Shown here in pieces: positions 9,065-18,451 of a stretch of DNA of 30,695 nt. Each line of letters starts with the position of its first letter. Position 1 is the first letter of the stretch. The position numbers and the translations under genes were made by a program. This DNA comes from a virus. Its lineage: Duplodnaviria > Caudoviricetes. The notes beneath the pieces are model-generated. The model saw only the letters and a list, made by a program, of their open reading frames with translations, was not told the DNA's origin and did no database searches. The stretch is from positions 1 through 30,695 of IMG/VR virus record IMGVR_UViG_3300012942_000104, one strand, 5' to 3'.

Positions 9065-9282
9065 TACTCACTCTCCTTGATGTGGCCAGAGCTGAGAAGC
9101 CAAGCCAGTGTGTCTTCGTCCAGCGGAGGAACAGCGTCCCCCTCTTCTACTCGGCTGCCATCAGCGAGAGTCAGGCCATGGACAGCCTTGAATGCACCTG
9201 CGGCTTTTGGCTCAGCAGGAGCTGATTCTGGTTCTGGCTGGACAGGAGAGCCTTCCGCTACCATGTCCTCTGAATCCGACAT
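9064..9282 (-). CDS. small acidic hypothetical virion-module protein
   Basis: ATG at 9282 with GGAGGT RBS; 72 aa. Confidence 0.7.
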   Translation of the reverse strand: MSDSEDMVAEGSPVQPEPESAPAEPKAAGAFKAVHGLTLADGSRVEEGDAVPPLDEDTLAWLLSSGHIKESE

Positions 9283-9322
9283 TGAGACCTCCGATTGCAA
9301 TCGTGTCTTTATGATACCGCGA

Positions 9323-9745
9323 TTAGCCGGTCCAGACTATGTAAACAGTAGTCACATAGACAAAGAATTCCCCGCCAGGGTTGGAATCCTGAGTTTCATT
9401 CCCTGTGGAGGGCTCCATGCAGATAAGCCTTCCGCTGGGAAGATCAGCGGCCTTCCAGTTCAGAATCTCATTTAGACGATCCCGAATTTGGCGTGCCCGA
9501 TCTCCTCCATCATCACCACGATTCACAACCTGAATCGCGAACCAGTGACGCATGTATGCAGTACCTGAATCCAGATGGCCTTCCACTGCGTCAGTCTGCT
9601 TTTGCAGAATGACGTAGGGAAGAACTGCATCCATTGGTGCTCGATAGAAGTACGGAGGCTCAGTAAGGCCCAGAGAAGTTAGCTCAGAGTCCGCAGCAAT
9701 CTGGGTACAGACCCACTCTGCTACATCCCGAAATGTCGCGGTCAT
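9323..9745 (-). CDS. tail terminator protein
   Basis: 140 aa; AP...LPYVIL motif; position between the gp10-like and tail tube genes. Confidence 0.7.
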   Translation of the reverse strand: MTATFRDVAEWVCTQIAADSELTSLGLTEPPYFYRAPMDAVLPYVILQKQTDAVEGHLDSGTAYMRHWFAIQVVNRGDDGGDRARQIRDRLNEILNWKAADLPSGRLICMEPSTGNETQDSNPGGEFFVYVTTVYIVWTG

Positions 9746-10098
9746 TCTTGCATCCCTTCGACCTTACGCTTAAGGTGCTGTGCGCCCTGATCTAAGGCAC
9801 CCTCAACCGCAGGAATGGCAGGAGTCATAAAGGGCTGTGCAGGGGTATGCCTGGTGCCGTACTCTACGTAGAAGGCATATTCCCGCTTAGCTCCGCCTTC
9901 AGTCGATTGAGCGTGCACTGTAGCCCCGTCTGGGGTATCCTCAGTCGTGATGGAGACTTTCAGAGCGCCAGTATCCACAGGAACCCGGGCCTTGGCTGCA
10001 TCTTTTCCCCGTTCTACAGCCGTCCGAGCTTCCTCTACCGCCCATTCCTGAAGCGAGTTTGCCAAGGCGTCTAGATGACTAAAATCACGTGAAGGCAC
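9742..10098 (-). CDS. HK97 gp10-like tail completion protein
   Basis: VPVDTGALKVSI and YAFYVEYGT...AQPFMTPA motifs. Confidence 0.9.
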   Translation of the reverse strand: MPSRDFSHLDALANSLQEWAVEEARTAVERGKDAAKARVPVDTGALKVSITTEDTPDGATVHAQSTEGGAKREYAFYVEYGTRHTPAQPFMTPAIPAVEGALDQGAQHLKRKVEGMQE

Positions 10099-10519
10099 GC
10101 TCCCCCACCACCCTAAGTCGCGTTGCTGTGTGGATTGTATCGCTCTTGTTCATGCCGGTAACGCGGAAGGTTCGAGTCGGGGTGCCACTAGGTGCCTCAC
10201 CGGGAACATTCTGGTCCTCAGAGGAGTACCAGTCCACAAAACAGGTGTCGTCCACCTTGGCGTCCCAGGCAACGATGATAAAAGCGTCTGTGACAGCAGT
10301 CTCTCGCTCGGCGCGGAAAGCGCTCTCGGTAGATGTGCCTGAGGCACCTGAAGAGATCCAGAAACGGCAGGGAATCAGTGTTTCCCAGGTCTCGAAGGTA
10401 CGTGAAATACCGCCTCGTCCATTCGGGGCCTCAATAGGCTTACGAATGGTGCAACGGTCCGGCATGTTCTGGTTCTGAACCTGCCGAATATAGTCTATGT
10501 ATTGATCCCACAGAGTCAT
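10085..10519 (-). CDS. head-to-tail stopper
   Basis: 144 aa; MPDRCTIRK...GRGG motif; synteny. Confidence 0.7.
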   Translation of the reverse strand: MTLWDQYIDYIRQVQNQNMPDRCTIRKPIEAPNGRGGISRTFETWETLIPCRFWISSGASGTSTESAFRAERETAVTDAFIIVAWDAKVDDTCFVDWYSSEDQNVPGEAPSGTPTRTFRVTGMNKSDTIHTATRLRVVGERAFT

Positions 10520-10521
10520 GC

Positions 10522-11100
10522 TCAGCCCCTGATGTCGTCGCGGTTGAGCCTAATCTGTGCAGCGTGACCCTCGCCCGGCCAACCCCACCCCCATGCCTTT
10601 GCGGAGAGTGCAGAAACCTCCTTCTGCATGTCCGAGGCACGGTAGAGATTCTGGACGTTAAGGCCATCCACAGAGAAGGCACTGAACTGCGCCCGCATGG
10701 AGCTGATCATTGTCTGCATAAGGCTGGCAGCAGCGCCGTAGACATTGTAGGTCTGGCCCGTAATGCGCAGCTCATCCACGTTCAGCCCGTTTGTGAAGGT
10801 GAAGACGCCGGTCATGTAGTTAGCAACGTCTGGGGTCACGATCGTCCCCTCAAAACGCTGAAGTACTACATCAGTCTCCCAAAAGCCAAGCGGAGCATCA
10901 AACTCAATCCACTTGTAGAAGCCATTGGTCTGAAGAGTACCTTCAGAGTCGACATTTCGTGCCTTGATGCGTAGGCAGTTCATGTCCAGACGACTCTGTA
11001 TCTCCTCATCGGTGAAAGAGGGGTTAGCTGCACTGGACGGATCGTTGATGAGTAGCCGAACGAACGCAATAAGGTCCGTCATGGAAGAGCGGACAGCCAT
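10522..11100 (-). CDS. head-to-tail adaptor
   Basis: VRLLIND...FTDEEI and VYGAAA motifs; synteny. Confidence 0.75.
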   Translation of the reverse strand: MAVRSSMTDLIAFVRLLINDPSSAANPSFTDEEIQSRLDMNCLRIKARNVDSEGTLQTNGFYKWIEFDAPLGFWETDVVLQRFEGTIVTPDVANYMTGVFTFTNGLNVDELRITGQTYNVYGAAASLMQTMISSMRAQFSAFSVDGLNVQNLYRASDMQKEVSALSAKAWGWGWPGEGHAAQIRLNRDDIRG

Positions 11101-11170
11101 CCTGACCTCCGGTGGGTGGGGGTGTACAGCGCGAAATCTACCTACCTAGTTTAAGTCATTATATGAGTAA

Positions 11171-11213
11171 CAAAAGACCCCCCACTGGCCGAGGGCAAAA
11201 ACCAGTGAGGGGC
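11171..11213 (-). terminator. intrinsic terminator after capsid genes
   Basis: GGCCCCTCACTGGT...GCCAGTGGGGGGTC followed by TTTTG. Confidence 0.7.
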
Positions 11214-11226
11214 CGTTTTGAGGTCG

Positions 11227-11619
11227 TCAGGCGGCGTGACGGTCCAGGTCGTAGACCCTAAAGGTCACGGAACCGCTGGTACCACCAACGGCAACCTGAA
11301 TCGTGCCATCCTTGCGACCAAACCGAGCCAGGTCAAGGCAGAGAACCTTTGTCTGGCCGGAGGCAAAGGTAACGGCGGTGCCGTCACCATATGCAATGTC
11401 CTGGCCGATGTCGCCGACCTTGACAGTTGCGGTAGAAGTGGGAACAGAACCAGACTCGACCATCTCTACGAGGACATAGCGTCCACGGAAAGACTCACCA
11501 GAGGCGGGGGTCAGAACTGCGACGTTACCCGTGGTGACTGCCTGCCCAGCGGGAGCAGCTACAGCAGTGTTCTTGGTCAGCTTGGCGACGTTTGCACCGG
11601 AAACTACGGTGTTAGCCAT
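11227..11619 (-). CDS. putative capsid decoration/minor capsid protein
   Basis: 130 aa, beta-rich, directly after the major capsid gene, with highly-expressed codon style. Confidence 0.6.
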   Translation of the reverse strand: MANTVVSGANVAKLTKNTAVAAPAGQAVTTGNVAVLTPASGESFRGRYVLVEMVESGSVPTSTATVKVGDIGQDIAYGDGTAVTFASGQTKVLCLDLARFGRKDGTIQVAVGGTSGSVTFRVYDLDRHAA

Positions 11620-11637
11620 ATTTTCTCCCTAGGTCAG

Positions 11638-11675
11638 GAAAGAGGGCCGCCCGGTCGTGAGATACCGGGCGGCCC
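11638..11675 (-). terminator. hairpin/terminator after major capsid gene
   Basis: 12-bp perfect stem GGGCCGCCCGGT/ACCGGGCGGCCC followed by TCTTT. Confidence 0.65.
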
Positions 11676-11681
11676 AGTTTA

Positions 11682-12530
11682 TTAGAGGGTTACGTCGACA
11701 GAGGCGAGCAGGGCCGGGCGAACGACCTTTGCGCCGTAAACGTGCAGACCCTTCACAGCGTCGGAGAAGCGTGCCTGCGGACGGTAAGCCTCAACCTTAC
11801 TGACCTGCTCAGCGAGAGTGGTAGCCCAGGTGTGACCGGCCAGAACGGTGGAAACACCGGTTGCGATGGGGGTCTGGTTCGAGACGAACACGTTGAACCC
11901 GGCAACAGAGCCGATGTGACGGTTTGCGATGGTTGCGCGGTTCGGGTCGGTACCGAAGCTGATGAACCGCTGGTCCTTCAGCAGTGCGCCAACAGCCTGC
12001 GGGGGAACGACCACGTAGCGGCCGCCGTCTGCGGGGGCGTTGTTCTCGTCAAGAACGACAGAAAGGTCAACCAGAGCCTCGTAGACCTTGCCGTCCACAG
12101 TCATGTCGGTGACGGCGCTGACCTTGTTCCCGGAGGGAACAGCAGCCTGGATGGTGGAGGACAGGTAAGCGTCCAGGTCGTTACCGAGGGCGAAAGCTGC
12201 CTCGCGCATTGCTGCGCCCATGACCTTCGGGTTGACCTGTGCAGCATCAACATCGTCGATCTGGAAGTTGAACATCTTGGACCGGTCAATGGTCAGAACG
12301 GTCTCACCAGAGGTCAGGGTCTCTGCACCGGTTGCGAAGTCACTGTTCGGGGTATAGTCCGAAACAGTCACGCCGCCGATGTTGTGAATACGAACGGTGT
12401 CCCCGTAAGCGGAGACCTCACCCTCGTAGTCACGGTTGACGATGGTGGGGGAGCCGTAGACCAGAGAGTTGTGCAGGTTGACCAGAAGCTGGGCCGACCA
12501 GATCTCGGGAATGAAATTCGCGAGCGACAT
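11682..12530 (-). CDS. major capsid protein
   Basis: FIPEIWSAQLL, NRDYEGE, GDTVRI and DAVKGLHVYGAKVVRP motifs; ATG at 12530 with AAGGAG RBS. Confidence 0.95.
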   Translation of the reverse strand: MSLANFIPEIWSAQLLVNLHNSLVYGSPTIVNRDYEGEVSAYGDTVRIHNIGGVTVSDYTPNSDFATGAETLTSGETVLTIDRSKMFNFQIDDVDAAQVNPKVMGAAMREAAFALGNDLDAYLSSTIQAAVPSGNKVSAVTDMTVDGKVYEALVDLSVVLDENNAPADGGRYVVVPPQAVGALLKDQRFISFGTDPNRATIANRHIGSVAGFNVFVSNQTPIATGVSTVLAGHTWATTLAEQVSKVEAYRPQARFSDAVKGLHVYGAKVVRPALLASVDVTL

Positions 12531-12707
12531 GCTCACTCCTTCTTACTTGGAGATATGAAAGTGGATGGGTTTTACCCCACATACTGACAGGTCTCCGAGT
12601 AAGGTACCAGACCAAGCTCGAAGTGGAATCCGATCAACAGATTCTGCCCGTCGCACACTGTGGCGTTCGTAGAATAGAATACCACGCTTTGCAGCTAAGA
12701 ATACCAC

Positions 12708-12740
12708 AAAGAAAAACCCCGGCCACAAGGGCCGGGGTTG
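12708..12740 (-). terminator. intrinsic terminator after scaffold gene
   Basis: AACCCCGGCC-cttgt-GGCCGGGGTT followed by TTTCTTT. Confidence 0.8.
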
Positions 12741-12757
12741 GTTTTCTCAGGATAACA

Positions 12758-13426
12758 TCAGAGCTCGATATTACCGTTGTGATAGTGCTCCAGAATCTTC
12801 TCGGGAGACATGCTCTTCAGATCAGCGCGAGTGACCTTCCTCTGGCCATTCTGCTTGGGCGGGTTAGTCGTACCAGTATGCGGAGCCTGGGGCTGAGTAG
12901 CTGCTACCAGCCACGGGTGAGCCTTCTTAAGGTCACTCAGTACTTCCTTCATATTGGTAATCTTGCCGTCTGACCACTCAAGAGCATCATGGTCGATAAG
13001 CTTCACAGCAGCGTCGATATCGACAAGCTTCTCAGCATTTGCGGCCCGTGCAACCTGGAAATTCAGCTCAGCGGTCTTGGCCCGAGCCTCGGCAGTGGAA
13101 AAACCATTCCGAAGTTCGTCGAGTTCCTTCTTAGCCTTGTCCTCAGCAGAGAGCTGGGCATCTTCGAAGGCCTTTACGCGCTTCTGAAGGTCTTCTAGTT
13201 CCTTCTTAGCGGCCTGCTTCTCTGTGCGATGCTTTGCTGCCTCATCACGAAGAGCCTTGACCGTAGCCTCATCGAAAACCTTGGGTGCGTTATCAGCCTT
13301 CGGAGCGGAATCGCCCTGAGGGGCTGAACCACCATCGCCAGCGACTACGTGTGCGTCCTTGCTGGTGCCGACCACAGAAGGGTCAGAACCGGGGGCGGTA
13401 CCGTCGTTTGCGCCGTTGTCACTCAT
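12758..13426 (-). CDS. capsid scaffolding protein
   Basis: 222 aa coiled coil, LRDEAAKHR motif, between portal and capsid. Confidence 0.85.
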   Translation of the reverse strand: MSDNGANDGTAPGSDPSVVGTSKDAHVVAGDGGSAPQGDSAPKADNAPKVFDEATVKALRDEAAKHRTEKQAAKKELEDLQKRVKAFEDAQLSAEDKAKKELDELRNGFSTAEARAKTAELNFQVARAANAEKLVDIDAAVKLIDHDALEWSDGKITNMKEVLSDLKKAHPWLVAATQPQAPHTGTTNPPKQNGQRKVTRADLKSMSPEKILEHYHNGNIEL

Positions 13427-13484
13427 TTAATTAGCCCTCCTACGGGCGTATTCCGTACCTGACGGAGCTTTTGCCAATTGTTCG

Positions 13485-13509
13485 GGACCCGGGGCATAGC
13501 CCCGGGTCC
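13485..13509. other. perfect 11-bp hairpin between portal and scaffold
   Basis: GGACCCGGGGC-ata-GCCCCGGGTCC with no U-tract; about 10 nt downstream of a TG-N-TACACT -10 element on the minus strand. Confidence 0.7.
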
Positions 13510-13529
13510 GTCTTGAGTAGTGTATCAGA

Positions 13530-15176
13530 TTACTTAGTTGGTGACTTAGGTGTGCTATTGCCCGTGGCACCAGCACCCCCAACCCTACTCGGGTTATTAG
13601 GGGCGTTAGGTGCTACTCCGGTAGGTTGAGCCGTTTTGGAGGTGATTGTATCGTCCTGAAGACTTCCTGCCGAATTTAGACGAACACGGGACTGGGTGTC
13701 CATTCCCTGACCTCCGTTCGCTACGGCCTCCTGAACCGCTGCTTCCAGCTCGGCCTGGCGGCGAGTCTGCTCAAGATCTGGGTCGTAGCCAAGTCGGGCC
13801 AGGATGGTGTACATAGATGCACCCATAGCATGGTCCTGCTGTAGTGTCTGACGCTCAAGATAGTCAGATCCAGGCATAGACTCAGGCCACACGATGGAAA
13901 GGCTATCCATTGCCTCCTGTGGGTCTTCTCCCATAAGTACGAGCAGCTTGTAGTTGATCCGCTCCAGCATATCGCCGTAAGAGATCCGCTTCAGCTCGGT
14001 CTTCTGAAGAATGGGGGCGTACAGGATGGAGAGGGAAGCACCCGACATGTTCATGGAGGCCGTAGAGACCTTGCCCAGAGCAATCGGGGGAACCTGAAGC
14101 ATCTCGTAGAGGTCTTCACGTAGCTTGTCCGTGAAGTTCGTGGAGGCATCAATATTCGTCAGCGGCTCAACGACCTTAAGGTCGGTTTCAGGACCAGCAC
14201 CTGGCAGAGTGACGATGTTATCCGCAGAAACATCGATCTCGTCTACCTGCTCCGGCATGACACCTTTGGCGAACAGACGAGGCGAGCCGTGAATACGAAC
14301 GATCTTGTTCACAGAAGACATGGAACGCTGAAGAGACATGATTACGTCCACAGAGGCGTCATCAATGTCCGGCAGACCCCAGAATTGGTTCGGGATCTCC
14401 ATGTTCTGGCAATTCTCGATGGGTGGCCATGAGTAAGGCCACTCGACCGGAGGACCGACAGGCTCAGGCTGCTCTAGACCAGGAACCCAGCCCGTTCCGG
14501 GCATCCAATCGGCTTCCTGGACGTAATCCTGAAGAGTCCACGAGTGAACAACGTCATTGTCGTCCTCGTTTGGCGTGATCTTCTGGATATGTAGGACCGG
14601 TTTCCCGTCAGGACCCTCGGTCATGTACTCAATGTCGAACTCTTCAACCTCTTCACAGTCGTCTGGGTCCCACTTAACATTAACGTTAGCGGGGTCCAGA
14701 AGAACCATGCGAGGGAACTCGTTATTAAGTCCAGCACCATTAGGGACGAACTTGATGAAGCAGTGGCCGTGAATAGCACCCGAAGTGCCGATACGGTTAA
14801 GCAGAGACTGCTTCCTATTGGCCTTCCAAGCCTGGTTTAGCTGACGAAGCCAGTCAGGGGTTGATGCTGCGGGAGTTCCTTCCTCTTCTGTGGAAGTAGC
14901 GCCGCCTGGATCTGTGAGCTTGTCCTGCTGATTCGGAGAAACCTCGAACTGGACTTCGTGCCCAAAGAGGAAGTACACGGACGTGTTGATCATGGCCCGT
15001 GCAGGGTTCGTTTTTACGTTGTCGTTGGCCGGGGTATCAGTGACAAGGGCATCTGGCATCTCAGCCAGGTACGCCTGCCATGCACGCTGGAACCGGAGAA
15101 GCCTTGCCTGCTTCTCATCGGCCTGGTGCATCTGGAAATCGTCATCAGTTCGGTTCCTACCGAAAAAGAAACCCAC
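13530..15176 (-). CDS. portal protein
   Basis: 548 aa after TerL; SPP1-like features (WGLPDI, SGASL); GTG start with GAGGAG RBS. Confidence 0.9.
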   Translation of the reverse strand: MGFFFGRNRTDDDFQMHQADEKQARLLRFQRAWQAYLAEMPDALVTDTPANDNVKTNPARAMINTSVYFLFGHEVQFEVSPNQQDKLTDPGGATSTEEEGTPAASTPDWLRQLNQAWKANRKQSLLNRIGTSGAIHGHCFIKFVPNGAGLNNEFPRMVLLDPANVNVKWDPDDCEEVEEFDIEYMTEGPDGKPVLHIQKITPNEDDNDVVHSWTLQDYVQEADWMPGTGWVPGLEQPEPVGPPVEWPYSWPPIENCQNMEIPNQFWGLPDIDDASVDVIMSLQRSMSSVNKIVRIHGSPRLFAKGVMPEQVDEIDVSADNIVTLPGAGPETDLKVVEPLTNIDASTNFTDKLREDLYEMLQVPPIALGKVSTASMNMSGASLSILYAPILQKTELKRISYGDMLERINYKLLVLMGEDPQEAMDSLSIVWPESMPGSDYLERQTLQQDHAMGASMYTILARLGYDPDLEQTRRQAELEAAVQEAVANGGQGMDTQSRVRLNSAGSLQDDTITSKTAQPTGVAPNAPNNPSRVGGAGATGNSTPKSPTK

Positions 15177-15259
15177 CGTCGCTCCTCAAGAGTCCATGTG
15201 GTCGCCTGTTTATGGCCGCCTGGACCTCCACAGAGCTGTCGTATGTCCTTTATATTACC

Positions 15260-16606
15260 TCAGGACCAGATACTCCGCCTCTTACGGCGGATTTTGGTCT
15301 TGTCACGTGCCCTACCGACCTGTCCGTGGGATGCAATCCGCAAAAAGGCCGCTGCGAAGGCGTCCACCATATCGTCATGGTTGCCCATGGGGAAAGCTTG
15401 GGCCTCGTTGAGGAAATCTCGGATGTTCATGCCGTTTATTAGGAAGATTTGGCCGTGTTCTGCCGCTGCGGACACGTTTCGAGCCCGGTCTACCTTGTTT
15501 CCGGTGGGTCGATCTCCTCGGAAGTTGTATCCGAGCAGCACATAGCGCCGATAGTGGTCGATAATGCCCACTCCGGACGATCCCGGCTCCTGTTCCATGT
15601 AAATTTCGGTGCCTACGCGGCCATCAGCCTCCGCAATCTGGCGTACCCACTTCTCTACACGGGCCGGGGACATCCTGTCGCGCTGAATATCAAGCACATA
15701 CACGTTGCCGTCATCCCCGAGACCCATCAGGCATGACGCTGTGTAGTCAGGGTCGGCTGCGTTCTTAGTTTCGTCCGTAGATGCAAGGTCCCAGTACCTG
15801 ACTTTACGGACTAAGGTCACGTCTGAAGGTACCTGCGGAAGAATCTTGCCCTGGAACCACTCCTTCCGGAACATGTTGCCCTCAGCCTCGATGTCCCAGT
15901 CACCGTTCTTAAGCTGTGCTCGGGTCACAGGGTCAAGGTTGTCCAGGGACTCCAGGTACTCAACGCTGTCCACGTGGGGGTTGTCCGCCAGCGAAGCCGG
16001 GACGAAGATCCGATTCTTACGAATCTGGTTATCATCCGTAGCGTCCAGCATGTCAATGAAGCGTTCCTTGACCCAGATGTGACCTACACCACCCGGGTTT
16101 CCCGCTCCGCGCATCCGCAGAGGCACGTCATTGTCCTTATTACGACGTAGACGGGAGAACATGTAGGAGTACATGGGGAAGGTGAACTGGGTCAGCTCAT
16201 CGAACCCTACGAACTGAAACTCCGCTCCCTGGTAGTTGTACTTGTCTACCTCGGTGTCCATGTACGCGAACGTCAGAGTGGCGCCGGACGGAAATGTCCA
16301 GCGCTTCTCCTGCTTGTCCCAGTGCGCATCTGACTTCCCGAGCCATTCGTGGGCACGGTCCATCAGAGCTCCCGGCTGGGCCAGGTCCTTATATGTACGA
16401 CGGAACAGGATGGCATTGTACCCAGGATGATCCACATATTGCAGAGCTGCCATCAGGAGGGCTGACGACTTACCTGGGCCTGCCGCACCGCCGAAGAATG
16501 CCTCGCGGTGAGGAACGAGAAGGAATGCTGCCTGACGAGGGGTCGGCTTCTGGGGAACGTATCTCTCCGGGAGGTTATAGGAGAGCAGCGTCTTTAGGTC
16601 AGTCAC
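15260..16606 (-). CDS. terL: terminase large subunit
   Basis: Walker A GGAAGPGKS, Walker B FVGFDE, GNPGG, YWDLA and HDDMVDA; GTG at 16606 with GGAGG RBS. Confidence 0.95.
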   Translation of the reverse strand: MTDLKTLLSYNLPERYVPQKPTPRQAAFLLVPHREAFFGGAAGPGKSSALLMAALQYVDHPGYNAILFRRTYKDLAQPGALMDRAHEWLGKSDAHWDKQEKRWTFPSGATLTFAYMDTEVDKYNYQGAEFQFVGFDELTQFTFPMYSYMFSRLRRNKDNDVPLRMRGAGNPGGVGHIWVKERFIDMLDATDDNQIRKNRIFVPASLADNPHVDSVEYLESLDNLDPVTRAQLKNGDWDIEAEGNMFRKEWFQGKILPQVPSDVTLVRKVRYWDLASTDETKNAADPDYTASCLMGLGDDGNVYVLDIQRDRMSPARVEKWVRQIAEADGRVGTEIYMEQEPGSSGVGIIDHYRRYVLLGYNFRGDRPTGNKVDRARNVSAAAEHGQIFLINGMNIRDFLNEAQAFPMGNHDDMVDAFAAAFLRIASHGQVGRARDKTKIRRKRRSIWS

Positions 16607-16806
16607 ACTTCCTCCGGATGCTCGGACCACGCGTGCATCCACACAGGTGATACATCGGCGTCGGCCCAAATGTTCAGAAGACTCTCGTCTCCGCCTGCAT
16701 CTTCTTTGACCCCGGCGTATACCGGAATGTCGATCGTGTCACCACATAGGTGACAGACTATCGACAGGTCTCCGACATTCACTCCGTCCTCGGGCAGCTC
16801 AGCCAT
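16603..16806 (-). CDS. small hypothetical protein (CxxC...HxxxxH)
   Basis: MAELPEDG..., 67 aa; GTGA overlap with terL. Confidence 0.65.
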   Translation of the reverse strand: MAELPEDGVNVGDLSIVCHLCGDTIDIPVYAGVKEDAGGDESLLNIWADADVSPVWMHAWSEHPEEV

Positions 16807-17197
16807 CTTCGTCATCTCCGTACAGCGCATCCATATACGCTTCATAGTCTGTTTCCCGCAGGTACTGAAGATCAGCCTTGCGCTGAGCCTCTTGCTTCTT
16901 CTCATACTCGCGGTCATCCTGTAGCATCGTCTGCCACATGTGGGCGCAGAGGTTGCGGGTGGGCATTGTGAACTGCTGCTGGTCAGCCCCCGAGGGGGCT
17001 GCGTCTAGCTCACAGTACAGGGCCCAGAGGGCGCGGACCTCATAGTATGTGTTGGGGCAAAGCCAGATCTCTCGACCATCTACAGTCTCGTAAGGTAGAG
17101 GAGCGTAATAGGCGGGTCTGTGGTACTGGACGCAGTAGCACTTAGCCCACTCCGGGACGGTTCGAGTTCGACCGCCTACAGAGACCTGCCTAGTCAT
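16799..17197 (-). CDS. hypothetical protein
   Basis: 132 aa with CxCxxxH...CP; coupled overlaps with neighbours. Confidence 0.7.
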   Translation of the reverse strand: MTRQVSVGGRTRTVPEWAKCYCVQYHRPAYYAPLPYETVDGREIWLCPNTYYEVRALWALYCELDAAPSGADQQQFTMPTRNLCAHMWQTMLQDDREYEKKQEAQRKADLQYLRETDYEAYMDALYGDDEDG

Positions 17198-17846
17198 CCT
17201 CGACTACCTCAGCATCCTCAATATCGGGAACCGCGCCGATCTCCTGAAGGATACGGGCCATCTCGATAGCATCGGAGTCAGTAATCGTATTGATCGACAC
17301 CTTCTCCTCGCGGTTGATGTTGATATTGGTCGTCTTGGACTCGGTGTACTCGTCCTTGTTGAGCTGTTCGAGAAGCCACTTGGCCGCACGCCAGTCCCCC
17401 ATTGCCTCAGCCCTGATGGAATCCATAAGCTCCTCTTCAACAGAGGAGATAGACGCGATCATGACCTTGTACCACAGGGTATAGACGGGGTGGTTTTGCT
17501 CAGCCGCTAGGCGAGTCCAACGATCCCAGGAGGAGACGTGGTATCCGGCCTTGCCGAGAATGGCTCGCTTGGAGATGCCCTTCTTAGCATCCCGGGCCAT
17601 TGCACTGATCTCCGCAGGCTTAAGCGCCTGCTTGTGATCACGCCATACCGAAGCGGGTAGCTGCTTGCGTACCCATTCAGCCGTGATACGGTCCGGCATG
17701 CCCTCAAAGACATCCTCATCGATCTTCGGCGTAGGGGTAGGCTGACGCTTTGCAGGTAGCTTGTCCTTAGGGGTGTCGGCCGGCGTTTTCTTCGGCCTTC
17801 CCCGGCGTGCTGGCTGCGGGATATCCGCGTCTGCTTCGTTTGACAT
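17190..17846 (-). CDS. terminase small subunit (putative)
   Basis: HTH-like segment plus DWRAAKWLLE motif; first gene of the late arm. Confidence 0.75.
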   Translation of the reverse strand: MSNEADADIPQPARRGRPKKTPADTPKDKLPAKRQPTPTPKIDEDVFEGMPDRITAEWVRKQLPASVWRDHKQALKPAEISAMARDAKKGISKRAILGKAGYHVSSWDRWTRLAAEQNHPVYTLWYKVMIASISSVEEELMDSIRAEAMGDWRAAKWLLEQLNKDEYTESKTTNININREEKVSINTITDSDAIEMARILQEIGAVPDIEDAEVVEDD

Positions 17847-17887
17847 GATCTGCCCTCCTAGATCACCAATTATTCTACCCGAAGCTA

Positions 17888-17916
17888 TTGACTTCGGGGC
17901 CTATCTGCGGTACGTT
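17888..17916 (+). promoter_or_regulatory. sigma70/HrdB-type promoter for the plus-strand operon
   Basis: TTGACT-N17-TACGTT; overlapped by the inverted repeat CCCGAAG-N7-CTTCGGG (17878-17898). Confidence 0.8.
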
Positions 17917-17964
17917 TGTAGATATCAGGGCAACAAAGCCCGCACCGCCAGAAAGGAGCACATC

Positions 17965-18189
17965 ATGAACATGCCGTTCGGAGAGCAGACCGGCAAGCTG
18001 AAGATTCACCGCGTGTCCGGCGGTGGCCAGATGATCCACCGGGGGACTCTTGGCCACACCGAGCTATGCAAGGCACCCAAGGCTCCATCCTGGGTAGTCC
18101 TGTGGCCCTCAGGTCGGATCATGGATGAGCACACGACGTTTGACAGCGCACGGGAAGCTGTGGTACGGTTCCTGGACGCACAGAGGTAG
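17965..18189 (+). CDS. hypothetical protein
   Basis: ATG at 17965 after AAAGGAG; 74 aa. Confidence 0.75.
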   Translation: MNMPFGEQTGKLKIHRVSGGGQMIHRGTLGHTELCKAPKAPSWVVLWPSGRIMDEHTTFDSAREAVVRFLDAQR

Positions 18190-18198
18190 GAGAAGATC

Positions 18199-18306
18199 AT
18201 GTACGCGGCGCTGTTCCCGGAGCTGGCTCAGGAGACTGACGCAGACTTCAAGGCACGTATGGCACTGGAAGCTGAAGACCTGTACTTTGAGGAGAACGAT
18301 GACTGA
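18199..18306 (+). CDS. small acidic protein (35 aa)
   Basis: AGGAG RBS; MYAALFPELAQETDADFKARMALEAEDLYFEENDD; below ORF-track cutoff. Confidence 0.65.
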   Translation: MYAALFPELAQETDADFKARMALEAEDLYFEENDD

Positions 18307-18451
18307 GGCCGAGTTCCGCGCGCTAGTGTTCGCCGCGATGAGCCGCAATCAGCGGTTCGTCATCCCGATGATGGACCGAGAGACGATCACCCAGGAGGTC
18401 ACGAAGCTGGCCAAGGTAGCGGGGATCGAGTTCGAGACGGAGGAAGTATGA
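18299..18451 (+). CDS. hypothetical protein (50 aa)
   Basis: GAGGAG RBS; MTEAEFRAL...; ATGA overlap with the next gene. Confidence 0.7.
   Translation: MTEAEFRALVFAAMSRNQRFVIPMMDRETITQEVTKLAKVAGIEFETEEV

Noticed and set aside
11742-12587. Long antisense ORFs (also 3776..4459, 6386..6988, 27533..28399)
   Set aside because: Shadow frames of GC-rich genes on the opposite strand
12758-15176. Absence of a capsid maturation protease or MuF gene
   Set aside because: Normal for phages that use a separate scaffolding protein
16607-16669. Upstream start for terL given in the track
   Set aside because: GTG 16606 has a GGAGG RBS and a GTGA overlap with the preceding gene
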